Assembly (NCBI RefSeq): GCF_001194135.2
Contig: NC_068986.1
Coordinates: 66,319,454-66,383,453, forward strand
Length of the DNA stretch: 64,000 nt
From: Octopus bimaculoides
Taxonomy: Eukaryota
Direction: 5' to 3'
The position numbers were made by a program, and so were the translations under genes. Under the pieces are notes generated by a model. The model did no database searches and was not told the DNA's origin. It saw nothing but the letters and a program-made list of their open reading frames with translations. Below are positions 25,966 through 39,832 of the stretch, piece by piece (position 1 is the first letter of the stretch; every line of letters begins with the position of its first letter).

Positions 25966-26386
25966 NNNNNNNNNNNNNNNNNNNNNNNNNNNNNNNNNNN
26001 NNNNNNNNNNNNNNNNNNNNNNNNNNNNNNNNNNNNNNNNNNNNNNNNNNNNNNNNNNNNNNNNNNNNNNNNNNNNNNNNNNNNNNNNNNNNNNNNNNNN
26101 NNNNNNNNNNNNNNNNNNNNNNNNNNNNNNNNNNNNNNNNNNNNNNNNNNNNNNNNNNNNNNNNNNNNNNNNNNNNNNNNNNNNNNNNNNNNNNNNNNNN
26201 NNNNNNNATATGTATATATATATATATATATAAGAACCTTTTTTTTTCTTGACTTTTGTTGTGTTTGGCTTTTATTTCTTTTCTAAATTGTTTTTTTGGT
26301 GTATAACTTATTTTCTATGTGCAAAAACACTTTTTAAAGCTTTTGTTGCTTCTGCTTTCTCTTGTTTCAACAGACATTCTAACAAA

Positions 26387-26552
26387 ATGAAAGCTGCTTT
26401 GACGTGTCCATTTTTGACCAAGTTCTCAGTTAGTTACATCCGCCAGCATGCACCACAGGTGCTAAGCAATATCAACCATTGCCCTTATGCTAGCAATATT
26501 TCTCATTACTCTTCAAGTCTGCAGCAGCAACTTGAGAGTGTTACTCTTGGAG
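26387..26552 (+). CDS. ALAS: ALAS coding exon 1 (mitochondrial presequence, CP motifs TCPFL and HCPY); exon begins at 26374
   Basis: MKAALTCPFLTKFSVSYIRQHAPQVLSNINHCPY...; acceptor ttcaacag; donor G|gtaagt. Confidence 0.9.
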
Positions 26553-27254
26553 GTAAGTCACATCTAAATCATTGTGCACATACTCACACACTGGGATGAA
26601 ACTTTTTGCATAATAATAACTGGTTGATAACATTAAACAATAAAGAGCTTTGGACCTACTAATTTTGATAACAATAATCAGTCAATAAGATTATCCCTTA
26701 TAACAATAACTGGCTTCCAAATTTCCAGTAAAATCGCTTTCCTCACACATACTGCCATCTTAATAAAGAACATTGGAAAATGGAAAAAAATAAAATAGCT
26801 ATGACTGGGATGCTGTTGATTATAGTTCTGCTTAATCAAAAGTTACCTAAGACAGGCTACTTTATTGACTTGCAGTGCCAAAGATGAGATTAGTCAAGTT
26901 CTGTGGGCCAATACAAAATATGGAGTTAATAAGTTGCTTATATTATTTTGCAAACAAAATAATATAAACTAAGTACTGGCTAAGATATATGTACAATGCC
27001 AACTTTCAATATAGGTTGGCTGCAAATAAACTAAATAAATAATTGTACATCACATCTTGATAGATATATGTATTGTTTTGTGGCAGCTCCTCTGATTTTT
27101 GGATGTCATTCAAATGGTTGATCCTTGTTGAGTGAAATAAAGCTATGAGTAGGTCAGGGAATTAGTGTTCAATTAACCAATTTTTATCCTATTATTGATG
27201 AAAGTGCATAGCCTGGAGGTCAGGATGTTGCAATCACGATTTTGCTATCATAGT

Positions 27255-27495
27255 TTCAATTCCTGAACCTAGTGGTGCATTGTGTTCTTGAGCAAAACTC
27301 TTTATCTCATGATGCTCTACAATCACTTCAACACCTGACATGTAGTACGCCATGCATCTGTTCAGGTAATGTTGATTTGATGGAGGGAGTGAGCTTATGT
27401 ACAGCACAAATATTTTATCACTATAAGAAAATTATTTGTGCAAGTTGTTTAGCAAGAAATTGATGAACCATTTTTCTCAGACTACAAGAGACTGC

Positions 27496-27500
<5 letters not shown>
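27255..27500 (+). mobile_element. SINE, family C variant; similar copy at 49872-50128
   Basis: ttcttgagcaaa...tgatttgatggagggagtgagcttatg shared. Confidence 0.65.
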
Positions 27501-27528
<28 letters not shown>

Positions 27529-27935
27529 GTTCCTATTATTGGCTCTATTCATAACCAAAACTCTTACCTTTCAACAATCCAGATTTTCTAACTGTAAAAA
27601 TATCGCAATTGGAATGGTTTACAGCAATAAGTTGCAACTTCAAATTAATAAGCACTTTAGTGCTGAGTTGAGATCACCCCATGGGTTTGGGCCATGATAG
27701 AAGCACTTACATCATGGTCACATTCATATTTATTGCTTTTATTCATACATAGCAACAATTGTGTTGATAACATGCAATGAGGGTGGGGTTAAGAGATACA
27801 ATTAATAAGATCAAAGATCTATGATGTAAGATCAATAATCTAAGAAAGATCATCATCATTTCCTAATACCAACCACCTAAATATTACTGAGCAGCAAAGT
27901 TGAAAAATAAATGCTCAAGAATATTTTAAAACATG

Positions 27936-28119
27936 TTGTTCTCATACTTTCTATCAATAAAAAGTTTTCTTTGACATAGGATTTCCTTCTTTTGCAATAA
28001 AACCTTAACAAAAAAAAACCTTTTGCAATAAAAAAAATATATTTTAAGATATATTGTTCTCATACTTTCTATCAGTAAAAAGTTTTCTTTGACAGAGGAT
28101 TTCCTTCTTTTGCAATAAA
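27936..28119. repeat. Local direct duplication, ~118-bp period
   Basis: ttgttctcatactttctatca...cttttgcaataaa occurs twice. Confidence 0.8.
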
Positions 28120-28277
28120 GCCTAGTAGATTTTGAAGGCTTAATAAATTTCTTCGCTTTTGTTCAAATTTATACAGTTTTCGTCTTCAGTTCTAAGTTCT
28201 TTCTTGTGAACTCTTCACCAGCTAGATACTTTTCAGGAAAAGAGGAATGTTTATTTATTAAAATGTCATTCTATATT

Positions 28278-30943
28278 CATTATTTACATTCGATAGATAT
28301 TTGTCCTCATCTTGTTTGTTGTTAACACATTTCGGCTGATATACCCTCCAGCCTTCTTCAGGTATCTTGGGGAAATTTCGAACCTGGGTTTTCATTCCTA
28401 AGGTATTTTTCGATGTTATTATTATTATTGTTATTGTTCAGGTCACTGCTTGGAATCAAACTCGGAATCTTGGGGTTAGTAGCCTGCACTCTTAACCACT
28501 ACGCCATATGCCCATGGCATATGGAGTGAATTTTAGGGCTTACAAATCTAATATTTTCCTATCCTTCCTTAATACCAGTTCCCATATGCTGCTCATATCT
28601 GCACTCGGTCTGCTTAGGAAGTTGTTGTGTCCTAGCATATGTGCTGCTTCTTTTAGTTTTCGTATTTTCCAGTGGTGTTCTCTGTCTATTATTTTAACTT
28701 CATCCCACACGGGAAGGCGGTCTCCATTTTTCCATACATGATCAGCTATACCTGATTTATCAATATCTCCTCATGTCACTGCTCTGCGATGTTCGTCTAC
28801 CCTTATTTTGAGGGAGTGGCATGTTTCGCCTTTGTATAACCTACCACCGCTGCATGGGATGGAGTACACACAGTCTTTAGTCATATTCTCTTCTATTGGT
28901 GGTTTTATTCAAAGAAGATATTTGTGAAGTGTTGTATTACTCTTGAATACTGTCCTGATGTCATATGGGCCACATATCTTTTGTATCTTTTTGGAGAGGC
29001 CTTTCACATAGGGTAGACAGACTGTGGACAGTTTATAGGCCTCATCCTCTCTCTTCTTCATAATTGGAGTGGATAGTATACTTTTGGGGTAGTTGTTGCT
29101 TAGCAGATCGTTATTGAGCTTGATCATTTCTTCATGGTGTGTACCACGATCGCTACTTATATTCTTTGCATGATGTTTTAGGCACTGAGCAATCTCTCTC
29201 TTTACACTGTATGGATGGTGGGAATTGAAGTTGAGATATCATCCAGTAAAGGTCGGCTTGCGGCATACGGATGTCCTGAATCCATACTTGGTGCATGTTA
29301 TTAATACGTCCAGCTGATTGTCTTTTTCCTTTTCCATTGTGAACTGTATAGATGACTTTATTGAGTTCACATGATCTAACAGCACTTGGACATCTTGGAG
29401 GGGCCAGAGTATGAAGGTGTCATTAACATATCGCAGCCATAGGGTTGGTTTTGGTGGTGTTGATCCTAAAGCCAAATTCTCAAAGTATTCCATGTATATA
29501 TTGGCTATTATCGGTGATAATGGCGAACCCGTAGCTAAACCCTCTTCTTGTCGATATATATCAGTGTCCATACTGAAGAAGGTAGTTTCTACACAGAAGA
29601 TCAACATTTCCATCAAGTTTCTTATTGGTATACTAGTGCATTCTTTTAGATTGGTGTGTCACTAGTTTTTCTTGTATCACCGATAGTGCTTCACCAGTTA
29701 GGACTTTGGTGAACAGGCTTATCACATCTAGACTCACCATCTGATTGGATTCAATGGGGGTATCCTTGATCAATTCTGTGAAGTGGGTGGAATTCTTCAC
29801 GTACGATGTTGACTTTCCTGCTAATGGACTGATTAATATCCACAAGGAAGTGGCTCAGTGGATGACATGCTGAACCTCTACGGCTCAGTAAAGGTCTTAA
29901 TGGAATACCATCCTTGTGAATCTTAGGAAGACCGTACATGTGTGGTAGTTTACTGTAGTGTTGAGTCAGTTGTCTGTACTTCATTGGTGTGAAGTGATCC
30001 TTGTTCTTGATCAGGATCTGTGACAACTTCCTCTCTGTTTTCAGAGTTGGGTTTTTCTTTTCTTTGCTGTAGCTACCATCACTTATAAGACTTGCCAACT
30101 TTTCAGGATAGTCAGACTTGTTCATCACTACTGTAGCATTTCCTTTGTCCGCTGGAAGTATTATGATGGAATTGTCACTCTGTAGTCTTTTGATAGCGAA
30201 CTTTTCTTCCTTACCGATGTTTGGTTTAGGAGGTTTTGCTTTTTTCTAGTACCTGTCTCACTTTCCACCTTAGTTCATCTCCCTGAGCTTTTGGTATCTT
30301 TATGGCTATCTCTTCAATAAGGGCTATTATGTCCAAGTATGGAATACGCTTGATGATTGTCGCAAAGTTGAGATCTTTGTTCAGTACTGCTTCTTCAGAG
30401 CTTTCTAGGTGTCGGCTACTTACATTAATTACTGCTTTCACAGGTGAGTGACGGACTCTAGTCTTCATTCTCTGACCTTTGAGTTTCATAAACTTCTTAA
30501 TCTAGCATGTCTTCACCATTTCAAATTCTTTCATGTATGACTTTTCCAGATCTTGTTGGATTCTCATTCTATCATCATCTCTGGTTATTTTCCTGCGTAA
30601 TGAAGATGACCTCTCTTTGATTTCGTTATTTAATTGATGTTTTTTTCCAATTGTTGTAATGGATCCTCTCACGGACGAGAGCATGTCCTGCCCTTTCCGC
30701 TACTCTTCTAGCTTTATGTGAATTGACTGGTGTCATTATATTCAAGCGAGGTGGTATTAGCTTTGCGTCTCTACATCTACATAAGAAAGTTAGATGGTTT
30801 GAAAGATGAGCTAGTTTTTGATGCAGTTTCTCTATATGTCTCCATTGAAATCTAATGTCAGTTCCGTACCTATTAGATAATACAGTTCTATATTTAATAG
30901 ATGTAAATAATGTAAATAATTCCTCGTCTCTTAAATATGGAAC
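28278..30943 (-). mobile_element. Full-length decayed Penelope-like retroelement (RT + C-terminal GIY-YIG)
   Basis: RT motifs YGLPKIHK, GLATGSPLSP, RYVNDTF; GIY-YIG CVYSIPC...YKGETC...R..EH; ORF stop at 28540; TGTCATTCTATATT duplicated at 28264-28277 and 30944-30957. Confidence 0.92.
28324..28366 (-). ncRNA. Hammerhead motif in the PLE 3' terminal repeat (stem III deleted, likely inactive)
   Basis: GATAC CTGAAGA A GGCTG..CAGCC GAAA TGTGTT; lacks the CGT present in the 126-171 copy. Confidence 0.65.
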
Positions 30944-32934
30944 TGTCATTCTATATTGTTGTTGTTTTAAATTTTTCAGAACAGATTAAACACAACGGTA
31001 AGCCAACTGAGTCTTCAATAAAAGCATGCATTCCTATTTAAGCTCTGTTGTAGGTCCTCTTTTTATTGTCAATTTTTCATTTTCTAGGATCTAGCATAAT
31101 TGCTGTATAGTATCACAATAAATTCATCACTATAAAATTCTTACAAATATTTTTTCCAAAAAGATTTTACTGCATAATGGCTGTAGACAACAGAAAAATT
31201 ACAAATGAAGCTAACCATAAGCCCTATGGCACAGGCCATCAGCAAATCACCATAAATTATTTCAAAATAATTATCTAGAGTTCATATCACAGACTGACAA
31301 GACACTCAAAATGATAAGAATAGAACCAAGTAATTTGTATCCAGCCAGCAAGTTATGGGCTTGAAGTTCTTGTCTAAAGATTAGCATACATGTTCTTAAT
31401 TTAGTCCTCAATTTTCCAACAATCCTTATCCATCATAATAAAAAAATTTTTAATGACAATATTATTTGTTTATTTTTTGTTTGTTTGGATTTTTTTGTGA
31501 GGAGGGTGGGTGAAAGAAAACGATGCATGACTAAAAAAATCTTAGCTTGAAGTGAAAATTAATTATTAAAGTATTATTAAGTTAAGCAATAGTTCTGCCT
31601 CAGAAATAATTATACTCTGTTTTTAGATTAGAAAAAATATCTAATTAAAACACAACAAAAATGAATTTAAAATAAATAAGATATGATGTGAAAATTAATC
31701 ATTATAATCCTTGTCAAAAACAAAATAAATCCAATGGAATACTTATCTGTAGAAGAAGCCATAAATGAAATCTTTATTGGCCCAACACCTGCCAGACATT
31801 GATTTTGCACCTGAAAAATAATTCACTTGTTTTGTTGAGTTTTTTATCTTTTAGTTGGGAGGGAAGGCAGTGTCATGATTCTGACAGAGCCTCTATTGCT
31901 GGTGGGAGAAAATCTAGGTCTTAACCCAAATACATATAACAGAGTGAATTCTGCTAAAGGCATCCAAGGTACCAGGTAGTTGTGTTAAACTGGGTAATGA
32001 ATTAAGTCTACCACAAAAATGGGTATGCTAAGATTTGAACTCAGAATGCAAAGAACTGGAACAAATACTGCAAGAAGTGACAATTTTTAGTTTCACCAAT
32101 CCACTACCCAAAGATTCGTACTTTTTTTATCATCACTGAAAGACTGAAGGCCAAGTTAATATTTTTTTTAAATCATCACAGCATCCACAAGCCATTTAAA
32201 ATTGGTTAAAGAGTAGCATGTTCCAGAAAAACAGGTTCCTTGCCCTGCACAAAACACCTCTCAGTCTTTGCCTCTCAAATAACATTCCCAGATAGGTTGA
32301 TAGCTGTTCGTCTCAACTATGTCAGCTGCAGTATATAGAATCGGTTTTGCTATTCAAATACACAATTAAACACTTGCAATAGATTTTAAAATAAAATGTA
32401 TTCCAAATAGGCCTTACGTGTGCTGTAAAATAGAAGCTAGTCTTATAATTCAAGAAAATTTATTTACTTTTCTTAGTGGCACAAACATAATATCAAAAGT
32501 CTAACAACTTCACCATGTCAGTGAAGTGCCAACACTTGATAGGGGACTTGACACAACAAGAATTTCCATTTATAATGCTTTCCATTGATGTAGCACTATG
32601 AAGTTGTCATGATGTTTGCCTTTTGTTAAAGCCTAATTTGAGAGATTTTTTTAGCAGTTAATTAACCAATGTTTCATGAATAAATTATATCTGGGTGGAA
32701 ATGTCATAAATTTCTCCAGTTGGAATGTTTCCTTTGTGTAAATCTAATTTGTTGTGAATGCTAAGAAATATAATGATGTCTATTCAAACACAATTCAGTT
32801 CACTGCTGTAAATCATAACAATAACCAATGCAGCTTATTTGTGTTATTTTTTTAAAAGCCAATTATTTCATTTTAAACTCAAAAAATTTTACATCCTCTT
32901 TGCTTTACAAATTTCTCTTTCATAAATCTTTTCA

Positions 32935-32939
<5 letters not shown>

Positions 32940-32980
<41 letters not shown>
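32940..32980. repeat. (CT)n microsatellite; others at 34482-34562 and 40270-40311. (TA)n tracts border most N gaps
   Basis: Directly visible. Confidence 0.95.
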
Positions 32981-32984
<4 letters not shown>

Positions 32985-33223
32985 CCTCTCACACACACAC
33001 ACACATTTTCTAGTACTCTCTCTCTCTCTCCTTCCTTTTGTACTCACTCTCCATTTTATCTCACTGTTTTCTTTTGCCTTTCCTCTTCCCTCAACTCTCC
33101 CTCACAGTTTTTGCATTTTACAAAAAAGTCTTAATGCATTGTTAGTGTTAACACTGTCATTGTTAATATTAATATAACTGAGTGGAGTTAGTTTTACAAA
33201 TTTAGACATCCACATACCATTGA

Positions 33224-33261
<38 letters not shown>

Positions 33262-34477
33262 GCATTTGCATAAATTATTTATGTAATTATGGGTTAAATG
33301 ATGATGATGATATTTAGTCAGGTTATGAAATTAGGCCCCTTAGTTTAGTGTTTGGGCTGCAACAGGATATGAACAATCAACCTCTTTGTTCAATGTTCAG
33401 TAGCCTAACAATGTAGCAATACATTGTCATCATTGTTGTTGTCATCATCGCATAATCGTCATCATTTTAATGTCCACTTTTTCATGCTTGCATGGGTCAG
33501 CTGGAATTTGTTGAGGCAGATTTGCTATGGCCAGATGACCTTTCTATTGCTAAGCAAGATAATATATGCCCATGGCTGGATATCTTTATATGAAAAATTG
33601 AAAATGAACAACACTGCTTGAATGAAGGTGATGGTTGTTTACAATTATCATATGTTGGCAACATAAGGAAACACAGACACATACACATAAATCAGAACTC
33701 TGAATTTTGAAACATTTTAGAGAAAAATAAGAAGAAAAACAGTTTTAAAAGATATTATTTTATAGTATCAAAAGGGAGTTTGAGAAACATATTAAAATGT
33801 ATTTACTTTAAAAGTACATATATTACAGGGATACAATATGGAAGTCATATTTGAAAACTGAAATACTATAATGAGTTACAAATTTTACAATATTCTGATA
33901 ACTTATTTGCTTTATTTGTCAAGTTACGACAAAAGCAGCCTAGCATTCAAAGTAGAGGCCATCATGTTGACCTGTCTGAAGCTTAAATTCATTTATTTGA
34001 TAAAATGTATGATAATGTGATTGAATGACACTCTAAAATTTTCAAGTATTTTGACTAAGGTCACAGTTCAATGTCCATAGAAACTAAATCTGATTTGACT
34101 TGAATGAAAGGAAGAATTGAGCTTTAAGAAATTTTAATAAACCTAAGTGACTGGTCTGTTCACTAAGTTTTGCCAGCAATATTCAGGGGAGTAAAATGTG
34201 AGGTACATTTTTTACTATGTATTATATGAAGCTAGAATACATCAAATGAAATCTGGTTAGGAAACCATTCCTGCTCTTGAGTGGTAGACTATAATCTATT
34301 GCCTAGTTTATCACCACTGGGCCTTTGTGCTTAGTTGTCTTTTACTGAAATTTACTTTCTTGCATTCCCAAATTGCGAATAACTTCTATCCTCATTCCTC
34401 CAATCTTTGGTTGCTACCCTTCCCACGCTAACTAAACCATTACTACATATGCGTATGTGTGTGAAACTGTAAAGATA

Positions 34478-34567
<90 letters not shown>

Positions 34568-34765
34568 GAACTTTTGTGAGTTACTTCAATTAACTGTAAA
34601 CACCCTAGTTAGTAACAGATGAGACAAATCATCATTGTTTGAAATAGTTGAATTACTTAAGATAACAACTTACTTGCTAGCTAACCTTCATGGCAAGTAA
34701 ATTTTATAATAAACATAGCTAAATAAATTAAGCAAGTAAATTCCATATTTTAATTAATGTTGTAG

Positions 34766-34885
34766 CTGCTCAAGCTGAAACTTTTGTTGCTTCAAAATGT
34801 CCTTTTGGGACCAAGGAAAATCCACCAAGCAGCCAAAACGTGAAGGAAAATTTCCAACAAAATACAAAAGCTGCAGCATCTAAAG
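34766..34885 (+). CDS. ALAS: ALAS coding exon 2 (third CP motif, SKCPF)
   Basis: tgtag|CT GCT CAA...ASKCPFGTKENPP...AAASK G|gtttgt; 120 nt, phase 1-1. Confidence 0.8.
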
Positions 34886-35170
34886 GTTTGTGTTTGTTGC
34901 TCTTTTTTTTTTCTTTTAATATTGATTCCCTTCCCCAATTATATAAAAATGCATGACTACTGTTAGAAGAATGCATCGCAATGCAATAAGTTAAAACATT
35001 ACTGTTCCATTCCCTGGAGAACACATCTCACTTTTTGTGTGTAGAATTTCTATCAATCCCTATTGTAATGGTTAGTATGAAGAGCATTTGAATGCTCCCT
35101 TCAAATTCTCATCTGAACAGTTATTATTCCAAAGCACATTTGGACTTAATTTTCACATACATATAGACAC

Positions 35171-35550
35171 AGTCATGGCTGTGTGGTAAGAAGTTTGCTT
35201 CTCAACCACATGGTTCCAGGTTCAGTCCCACTGTTTGGCACCTTATTTTCTACTGTAGCCTTGGGCTGACCAAAGCATTGTGAGTGGATTTGGTAGATGG
35301 AAACTGAAAGAAGACAATCATATATATATCCATGTGTGTGTGTCTTTGTGTCTCTCCCACCACTGCTTGAAAACTGGTGTTCGTGTGATTACATCTCCAT
35401 AACTTAGCAGTTTGGCAAAAGAGACTGAAAGAATAAGTACCAGCATTTACAAAAAAATGTACTGGGGTTAATTCATTTGTCTAAAATTCTTCAATGTGGT
35501 GCCCCAACATGGCCACAGTCTAATGACCGAAACAAGTGAAAGATAAAGAT
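35171..35550 (+). mobile_element. tRNA-derived SINE, family A
   Basis: Matches 23070-23483. Confidence 0.85.
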
Positions 35551-35849
35551 ATTTTTTCAAAACTTAGGCAGCATAAAATATGAAAGTTAAATTTGATATA
35601 TAATAGCATGCTTAGTCTTGATATTAAAGAATTTTAAGTAAAAAATGTTATGAAGTAATATAATTCCATTCTTACTTCATGGTTGATTGATTAGTAATAT
35701 GAGAAATTATTCCATATCAGAGAGCTTGTGTAGGCTATAGGTAGAACTCCAGCAAATAAACCATATTAAATCTATAGAGATAGAAAAATGAATGCAAAAC
35801 AATAAGACAATTATTAGAGATATAACTTTTCCTGAGTCCTTATTAAGAA

Positions 35850-36168
35850 GATCTCCTTTGGTCATGAACAAACATGGGATTGCACCTAGAAAGTTCCCCT
35901 CTGAGGCACAAGTCCACACAAGGTTGTTTATGGAAGACCAACAGTCACCCATGCATTCCAGCCTCCCTTCCCCATGCCACCGATGTTATCCAAGGGAAAG
36001 GCAAAAGCTGATACAGCTTGGCACCACACTCCAACAGCTGAGTGAACTTGAGCAATGTGAAATAAAGTGTCTTGCTCAAGAACACAACACAGAGCCCGGT
36101 CCGGGAATCAAACTCACTACCTCATGATTGTGAGCCCAATGCTCAAACCACTGAGCCATGCATCTTCA
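35850..36168 (-). mobile_element. tRNA-derived SINE, family C; second copy at 47985-48272 (-)
   Basis: catgggattgcacctagaaagtt...gaaataaagtgtcttgctcaagaa...gagccatg shared. Confidence 0.8.
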
Positions 36169-37419
36169 CTCTGTGTTACATTTAATATAAATATGGTAAT
36201 TTAGGTAAGAGACATGCTTACTCATTAAATTTGAAATTTAGTAATGTTAAATGTATTTTTATGATAGTAACTGGTTCATTTATGAGGGATTCACTACATG
36301 ATCGCTCTATCTCCTAAAAATAGTAGCCAAATTTTGCTTAAACTGCACTATGCTATTTTTCTTAAAAGTAAAAGAAAGGAATATATTGGATAAAACAGTC
36401 TTCTATACATTATCTGAAAATCTGGGATTATCATGGCCAGAATACTTTGATGATAGATTTGCTTCATCAGCTGACAAAAGTTCAAACTAAAAAACAACAG
36501 AAATTTCATTCTTCAACTGCTTATCCATGTTGTAACATTGAAAATAGAATAATAGGTCATTCATTCAATTACCATTCTCCTTTATTAATTACTTTGTTAT
36601 GTCAGCTTTAAGTTAATGACTTTTGTTTTATCTTGTACAAGTGTGATAAACAGAATCATTATGAGCTTATTTGTGGTCACTCAATCTACTAGAAATAGTA
36701 ATCAAATCTTCCTCATATTCTGTTTTACAAACAGAAAGGATTACTGTGATAATGAAACAATGGATTTAGTTCTTACCGCTAAAATTAATTTCCCTTGCAT
36801 TTTCTCTCTTTTGCTATATTGAATTAAAAGAGAGAATATGTTCATTCGGATAAGCTGTAGAAATCGTTGTGCACGCACACACACAAACACTGAAATTCTC
36901 CAGACATTTAGCTGTTATTTTTAGCATATCGAGTTTCATGGTGAGGGCTTCACATGTTGTGATCCTTTTGCTGTTTCACTATAAATCTACGCATGTGGAA
37001 ACGGACAAAACAGTCGTTCATTTTCACTTTTAGACAGTGGGGTGGGGTGAATCAATTTTGGAGTTTTTCATAAAAAATTTGAAATTAATTTTTTTTTTTT
37101 ACTCCCATATACGAAAACATAAGAATCCAGTGAAAAAAAAAAATCAGAAAGGTTGGTTTTGGTGGGGGTAACTGCGCCAGTCTGCCTATATATATATTCT
37201 TTCAGTTTCTATCTTCCAAATCCACTCACAAGGTTTTGCCCAAGGTGCTAATCAGTANNNNNNNNNNACTCCTACACCTATTAAATATTTTTTTCATCTT
37301 GAATTTATATCTAAGCAAGAATATACTGCAAATGAATTTTATATTTGGCGATGGTTAATATTTATGTATATTCAGAATGGATTTCTTGGTTGTTGATCTT
37401 CACTCTATAAATATTTGTT

Positions 37420-37608
37420 TCAATTTTGGCTGAGGGTGTAAATTGATTACATCGACACCAGTGTTCAACTGGTACTGATTTTATCAACCCCGAAAGGATG
37501 AAAGGCAAAGTCAACTTTGGCAGAATTTGAACTGGGAATGTAAAGACAGACAAAATTCCTCTGAGCATTTTTTGTAGCATGCTAATGATTCTGCCAGCTT
37601 GGCACCTT
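37420..37608 (-). mobile_element. tRNA-derived SINE, family B
   Basis: ccccgaaaggatgaaaggcaaagtcaac core. Confidence 0.75.
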
Positions 37609-38167
37609 CTTTATTCTTTAAATTTTGATTTACATCATCATTTCACATAAAAGAAATATATTTTTATAAAACTTCTTTTTCTCTTTAAATAATTCTGTAT
37701 TTACCTTTCTGTGCTAGATCTGCAGATTTTAAAATTTAGAGGAATTTTTGTAGCATAAGTTGTTTATTGTAGTAAAAGTATGAAGTTGTGTGTTTGTTTA
37801 CCATGAGAATAAAATATAGCTAATATTTATACAGAGAAGGAAGGAATCTGCCTAAAATGTTAAATATTTTCTCTCTTTATCGCAATGTAACCTACTTTCC
37901 TTATTTACTTTTATTATATTGACTCTTGCCAAAGCAGACTTTTTTTATACAGTTACGTACTCTTCCAAACAAGAAACTGCTGTTTCAACATACACTGCCT
38001 CCTTTCTTAGTAGCTTGGAGACTGTAGAGTATTGAGCCACCGCTTTAGACACAGTAATCCCTGTTGCAGGTTTTTGGTACAAGAAACATGAATTATTGAT
38101 TAGGATAGAAGAAAAAAGATATTTAACCTTTTCAATAACAAGCCACATTGGGCAACCTCTTCTATAA

Positions 38168-38304
38168 TACAAAACTCTTTTTTTCAAGTGTTTCTGTTTA
38201 AATTAAGACCTTTCATAAAATTGTAACTTTATGCATTACAAAACTGTCCTTTTTCAAGTGTTCCTGTTTAAATTAGAACATTTCATAAAATTATAATTTT
38301 ATGC
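38168..38304. repeat. Two-unit tandem repeat, ~69 bp
   Basis: tacaaaact...tttttcaagtgtt.ctgtttaaatta...tttcataaaatt.taa.tttatgca twice. Confidence 0.8.
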
Positions 38305-39306
38305 AAGAATCCTATGTTAGCTTCTGGTCACTAACTTAATAATGTCAAGTTTATTTTACTAAATTACTGCAATTTTTTTAATTTTCAAAATTAACTGAAG
38401 CACATAGACTGTGTTTCATTGGGTTGCTAAAGGTTGAATTTATAGAAGAAACATAACTCTGTCACTTTTTAAAGATGTTTTACAGTTTTAAACTGTTGTA
38501 TTATTTGGTTTCATCAATATTTGATGGCATTTTGAGCCAGTTTGTCTTTGTTTAATAAGCTTTAATTAACCATGATGTGACCTATTATGTTTTGGTAAGC
38601 TTCCCATATAAAATTTATCACCTTCCCTACCATATTCTAGGTTCAGTCCCACTGCATGGCACCTTGGGCACGTGTCATCAACTATAGCTTCAGGCCAACC
38701 AAGGCCTTGTGAGTGGATTTGGTTGACAGAAACTGAAAGAAGCCAATCGTATGTGTGTGTGTTACCACTGTTTGACATCTGGTGTTGGTGTGTTTGCGTC
38801 CTCTGTAATCTAGCAGTTCAGCAAAAGAGTCACATTACTTTATGGTGAAGTGGACTTAGACAGTCACTATGTAGAACTTGATAAAACAAATGCCAGTCTG
38901 AAATATGTACTGGAGTTGATATAATCAACTAAAACCTTTGAAAGCAGTGACCCAACATTGCAGCTCTTTAATAACAACACAGTGAACATATATATATATA
39001 TANNNNNNNNNNNNNNNNNNNNNNNNNNNNNNNNNNNNNNNNNNNNNNNNNNNNNNNNNNNNNNNNNNNNNNNNNNNNNNNNNNNNNNNNNNNNNNNNNN
39101 NNNNNNNNNNNNNNNNNNNNNNNNNNNNNNNNNNNNNNNNNNNNNNNNNNNNNNNNNNNNNNNNNNNNNNNNNNNNNNGTAAAAGATTTTTTATTCCAAC
39201 ATGCACACACCACACACACACACATTCAAGCCTGTATTTGTTATGGTTTATGTGTGTAAAATACAATATGCTCTATTTATCATTGCATGGAAATACATGG
39301 AGTCTA

Positions 39307-39537
39307 TTTCTTTATTGCCCACAAGGGGCTAAACATAGAGGGGACAAACAAGGGCAGACAAAGGGATTAAGTCGATTACATCAACCCCAATGCATAACAG
39401 GTACTTAATTTATCGACCCTGAAAGGATGAAAGGCAAAGTCGACCTCAGCGGAATTTGAACTCAGAACGTAACGGCAGACGAAATACTGCTAAGCATTTC
39501 GCCCAGCAGGGTAATGTTTCTGCCAGCTCACCGCCTT
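39307..39537 (-). mobile_element. tRNA-derived SINE, family B
   Basis: Reverse complement of 53447-53665; near-identical to 25494-25724. Confidence 0.85.
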
Positions 39538-39832
39538 CATGGAGTCTATTGTTTAAAGGAATATATACACAGCACACATACACATCATTAAATTCACACT
39601 TACATACAAGTCTCTGACTGGACACAAATGCATCTCTTTTACTTCCCTTGGTAATTACTGGTATCTATGCAGTAACCTCTATGAAAACCTTGTATAAATT
39701 ACTACTACTTCCACTACCACCACCATCACCTCCACACATATACACATACACATAAATTCTCATAATTTTATTGTAAATTTGTTTGATATAATGAATTTCT
39801 TTTCATTCATTATTGTTGCTTTTGATTTTCAG

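Noticed and set aside
28188-28221. Further hammerhead-like motif next to the PLE (CTGGTGA A GAGTTC..GAACTT AGAAC)
   Set aside because: Both core strands deviate; too degenerate to call.
28770-28780. In-frame TGA in the PLE GIY-YIG domain as selenocysteine recoding
   Set aside because: Best explained as CGA to TGA CpG decay; the ORF has other stops and frameshifts.
36840-37180. Possible DNA-transposon end (...ctgcgccagtctgcctata)
   Set aside because: No matching opposite terminus found in the window; family cannot be assigned.
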